Source of the DNA: the human T2T-CHM13v2.0 reference genome, Homo sapiens
Assembly: GCF_009914755.1 (NCBI RefSeq)
Contig: NC_060945.1
DNA: 64,000 bases
Reading direction: 5' to 3' (one strand)
Part shown: piece after piece, positions 57,322-64,000 of the stretch
How the letters are laid out: the number at the start of each line of letters is the position of its first letter
Numbering within the stretch: position 1 is the first letter of the stretch
The notes under the pieces: model-generated
Told to the model about the DNA's origin: nothing
The model's database searches: none
Seen by the model: only the letters and a program-made list of their open reading frames with translations
Made by a program: the position numbers and the translations under genes

Positions 57322-58944
57322 CTAACAACAGACAAAACAGGCACACAAGGATTAATATGAGATTTATAATCGTAGTACTTCCAATGGTCTTAACTCAAGT
57401 GACAGGGTTAAGATTTGCGAGGCCATCAGCAACTTCTGCAGTTGCCTGAGTTCCTGGCACCAAATTTAAATGGGCTTTTGATGCTTCGAAAATTTGTTCT
57501 TTTAACTTGGAAATGTCTAAAGTGAGATTATCTTCTTTTCCTTGTAGATGGCGTCTAACCATGTCCTAGTGATGCTTAGACTCATTATAAATTTGGGGTG
57601 TAATACAAAAATCTGACGTATTCTAGTCACACTGTAACTGGAAACGATGTTCTAAGCTCATGAGTCTGTCTTCCATCTAAATGACAGTTTAAGATCATTA
57701 ATTTGATTTGCCAATTTTTGATCAATACTAGATTGTGAATTCCACAATCTTGTAGAATTTTTTTGCCAATCATTAACAAAGTTCACTGACTGAACAGAAG
57801 AGTGCAATGCAACTCTTGCTACAGCAGCCGTAGCTGTGACTGCAATTAATCCTATAATCACTGCAATTAAAGTAAAAATGAATCTTTTGGATCTATTTAA
57901 AACACCTTTTAATACTTCAGTCAAAATATGGATGGATGGCGAGGCCTCCTACGGTCGGTCCATGGACACAGGGATCCACACGCCTTCTCTTGCTCTCACC
58001 AGCAGAATACGGTGTTGCCAATTAAAAGTTGAATCAATGCAAGTAAGCAATCTACAATTTTCACAGGTTATAGTCTGGGAGTCTGGTTTAATAACTATAT
58101 TTCTTACAACTAGCATATAAGGGGGCTTTACGCAACTTTGTAAAGGAACCGTTAGACTGGAATTTAGGTCGATAGTATAAAATGGCTTATGATCTCTTGT
58201 TTCTAAAGTTTGATTTCCAGACCAAATTCTAATGTGGTGTGAGGCCACAGTAATCCTCCATAATTCTGGATGTTCAGGACCAGAAACAGGACTTATTATT
58301 TTTGGTCTTGGGGTAGAGATTCCTTTTTCTTCCCATTCCTAAGGGTAGAAAGACTGCAATTTTTTATGCTTATGTTTGTCTAAACTTTCTGTTAAGTCGC
58401 TATCAACAGCTGGACTCACTTGTGCACTTGGACACGACTGAGTTTGTCCTGAGCAATTGTGGTAGAATTGACCTCGAGGTGCCCAATCTATAATAGTTCC
58501 GAATTCATTGTTTTGTAATATCACTGCACTATTGGCCACACATTCTTCCTAAACTAAAACTTCTGTATTTTTTGATTCTTTGGGAATTTCCTTGGGGCAA
58601 GGTTTCTCTTTAGGTCTAAATTTTAATGATCTTTGATAAGAAAAGTCTTGTAAATAATTTACCTGTGGCCTGAGTGACATCCTGCTTACCATGTGATAAG
58701 TGAATCTACTGATGGGACTGACAGTAGGTACTTCTACCAACCAATTTTGGACTGCAGGCATTAAACATCTTGGTGCTCTCCCTAGGCAAATAGGAGGATA
58801 ACGATACCTAATGGAAATATTTATCATCATCCTTTCTTCCTCAGGTTTGGCAGGGCAGCGATTATCTATGGGGCCAGGTACCTATACACTATCATTAACA
58901 TATACTTCTATAGGATTATCCATCCATGTGACTGGTGTTACTAC
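57182..58944 (-). pseudogene. env: env remnant (type 1, no signal peptide) with multiple stops and a frameshift
   Basis: [17 protein letters not shown] start, furin site RSKR|FIFTLIAV, Trp-to-stop at 58882, 58549, 58339, 57949 and others, and an apparent 4-bp deletion near 57690. Confidence 0.92.
57228..57245 (-). other. Polypurine tract
   Basis: Minus strand GAAAAGAGAAGGGGGAAA directly before the LTR TG. Confidence 0.85.
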
Positions 58945-61560
<2,616 letters not shown>

Positions 61561-62323
61561 GCCTCAACTGGAACTTTAATGCCATCTTCATTTTTCTTTA
61601 GTCCTTTTCCTGGTATATATCTTATCTTGGTCATGATTTTTTGACTCGTGGGGCTATATAATGGAGTGGGCATGGTGATTTCCCCACCTCATTGTTATAA
61701 TAAATCTTGACTTCACAGATTAAGAGGAATTGAAGTAATCATTGGCTGAACAGTACTTTCTTGATTATCTGGCCTTAAGCAATGTAAAATCTTAGTACTT
61801 TGATACACTTCTGAGGCTGTGCCTATGCCGACAAGTCTTGTAACAGCCTTTTGTTTAGGCCAATTTTTTGGCCACTGATTTAAAGCAATGATAGAGACAT
61901 CTGCTTTAGTGTCTACTAACTTTTCAAACTGTTTTCCTTGAATAATGGCCTTACACACAGGTCTGTTCTTTGAGACTTGACTTGCCTAATATGCAGCCTT
62001 TCTTGTTGGATCAGTGCTTCCAAGCCCTCCTATTCTTTTTATTTCACTATTTCCACCTTTAATATATGGCAGGAGTAATAATTGAGCAATCTTGTCTCTT
62101 GGACTGGCACTTCAAGGAATTGAAGAGCTAATAACTAACTGAATTTCGCCTTTATAGTCTGAATCAACTACACCAGTATGAATTTGAACTCCTTTTAGAT
62201 TTAGACTTGATCTTCCTAAGATTAGTCCTACAGTCCTCTCAGGCAGTGGGCCATATACCTTTGTGGGGATTTTTTGTGGGGGCTCCTTTGGAAGCAGAGA
62301 GACTGCTTGTATAGTACATAAAT

Positions 62324-64000
62324 CTACTGCTACACTGCTGCTTGTGGCGGGGGACAATTGTTGTATTGTGGTAACTGGCTTATTCCTTGAAACACTTGGG
62401 ACAGTGGGGGTTGTTGTCTTTGAAAACCTTGAGGAACAAATGGCTGAATTGGGAATGCCTTAGTTTGTTGTGGGGCCTGAGGCTGGCCTCTTTGCTTGTT
62501 TCCTGACAATGCTTGCCTATTTTTATCAAATTTAGAATGACATTGACTAGCCTAATGTTTTCTTTTTTTACATCTTGGACATAAGTCAGGTGGTTCTCTA
62601 CTTGTTGTGGTAGTAGCTTGAATAGTTATATTCTGTTTATTTAAGACTGGGCAATTCTTTTTTAAGTGACTAATTTGACTACAATTATAACATTTTCTTC
62701 CAAATGTTCTAACTTGTCCTCCTAAAACAACTCCTGTTATTGCTTGAGCCATAAGCATAGCTTTATGCATAGCTCCTCCGATTCCATCACAGGCTTTTAC
62801 ATATTCTGAGATTACATCTGATCCTGCAGGAACTTTTCCTTTTAATGGCTTAATGGCTGATTGACACTCAGGATTGGCGTTTTCATATGCCATCAACTTC
62901 ACTATGACCTTACGGGCTTTTTCATCGGCAATTGACTTTTGAGCAACATCTTGGAGCCTTGCTACAAAATCAGGGTAGGGCTCTTTCGAACCTTGTCTTA
63001 CTGTATTAAATGAGGGGCAGGCGCTTCCTAGGTCTTGGATTTTTTCTTAGGCTCTAAGGCAGATAGTTCTAACTTGCTCAATGGCCTCATTTTGCATTAA
63101 TGCTTGTTGACTAATAGTACTCTAATTTTGACCTGTTCTTAATAGTTGATCTGCATCTATGTTAACTGGAGGATTGGCAGCCTTATTTCTTCGGACCCGT
63201 TCTTGTACCTCATCAATCTACTAAGTCTTAAATTGTAAAAATTGAGAGGGTGAGAGAGACGATTTTGCCAGAATCTCCTAATCATAAGGAATGAGTCTAT
63301 GTCCATGAGCAATGGAATCTAATAATGTCCTCATATAAGGGGAGTTGGGTCCATACTGTTTTACTCCTTCTTTCATATCTTTTAGCATTTTTATCGAAAA
63401 AGACTTGTATCTGGCCTCAACTGTGAGAGGCTCTCCCTCTTGGGCTCCTTCTCCAGGTGGCATCGGTTCTAACATTACTGGGAATTGCCATGCCTCAGTA
63501 TCTCCTTCCTTTCTTGATTTATCAATAATTTCATGTAATTCACTACCTTGTCTACTAGGTGGTGCCGTAGGATTAAGTCTCCTAGTGGGCGGCTGAGGGT
63601 ATGGCGCCCTGCCCTGTGGTGCTGGGGGCATTCTTGGATATCCATACTGACTTTCTGGGGGTGGCCGATACTGAAGTTCAGCCGGCGGCTAGTATTGATA
63701 AGCTACTGGCGGTTGGGTCTTATTTTCTTTAACCTGCGTTTGAGGTTGTAATGTTACAGGCACCTGACTTGCTGGAAGAGGACTTGGCCTTCGTGGTTTA
63801 GACTCTGGTGGCCTCACTAATTCGGGACCTTTTCCTTCTAATTTTAACGTTTCAGGATATATCACCTCCTGTAATTGATTATAGTCAACATTTTGCGTTG
63901 ACTGAGCCATTACTGGCTCTGCTACATATTCGCAATGTAAACTTCCCGTTTCTTTCTGGGATTTTTTCTTTGTCTTTTCATTACAATCTATTAAACAGCT
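62324..64000 (-). pseudogene. gag: gag (p15/CA/NC portion; 5' part outside the window), inactivated
   Basis: KQYGPNSPY, AYENANPECQ and zinc knuckles CYNCSQISHLKKNC / CPRCKKRKH*. About 7 Trp-to-stop changes. Confidence 0.95.

Overview
AT-rich primate, almost certainly human, intergenic DNA. I found no host protein-coding exon. About 57 kb is unique sequence mixed with Alu, L1, L2, MIR, hAT (MER30, MER5A) and LTR remnants (THE1, MER39, MLT, ERV1). From 56971 to the window end is a minus-strand HERV-K (HML-2) type 1 provirus: partial gag, pro, pol, env remnant, PPT, and a 3' LTR cut off after 257 bp. It shows massive G-to-A hypermutation, with more than 25 Trp codons turned into stops and GG->AG / GAG->AAG context, typical of APOBEC3G. 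These features fit the known 21q21.1 provirus (HERV-K60/ERVK-23); that identification is from memory, not from a search. Best leads: (1) the spliced 74-aa np9 frame, which has no Trp codons, is still open; (2) a host ATTAAA plus GU-rich element just beyond the broken LTR could replace the lost viral poly(A) site; (3) three local templated duplications lie between 6.4 and 13.3 kb, including a 113-bp inverted copy inserted into a THE1 element; (4) a twin-primed inverted L1PA is nested in an older, possibly also inverted, L1. Repeat subfamily names are by-eye matches to recalled consensus sequences, and edges of old repeats are approximate.
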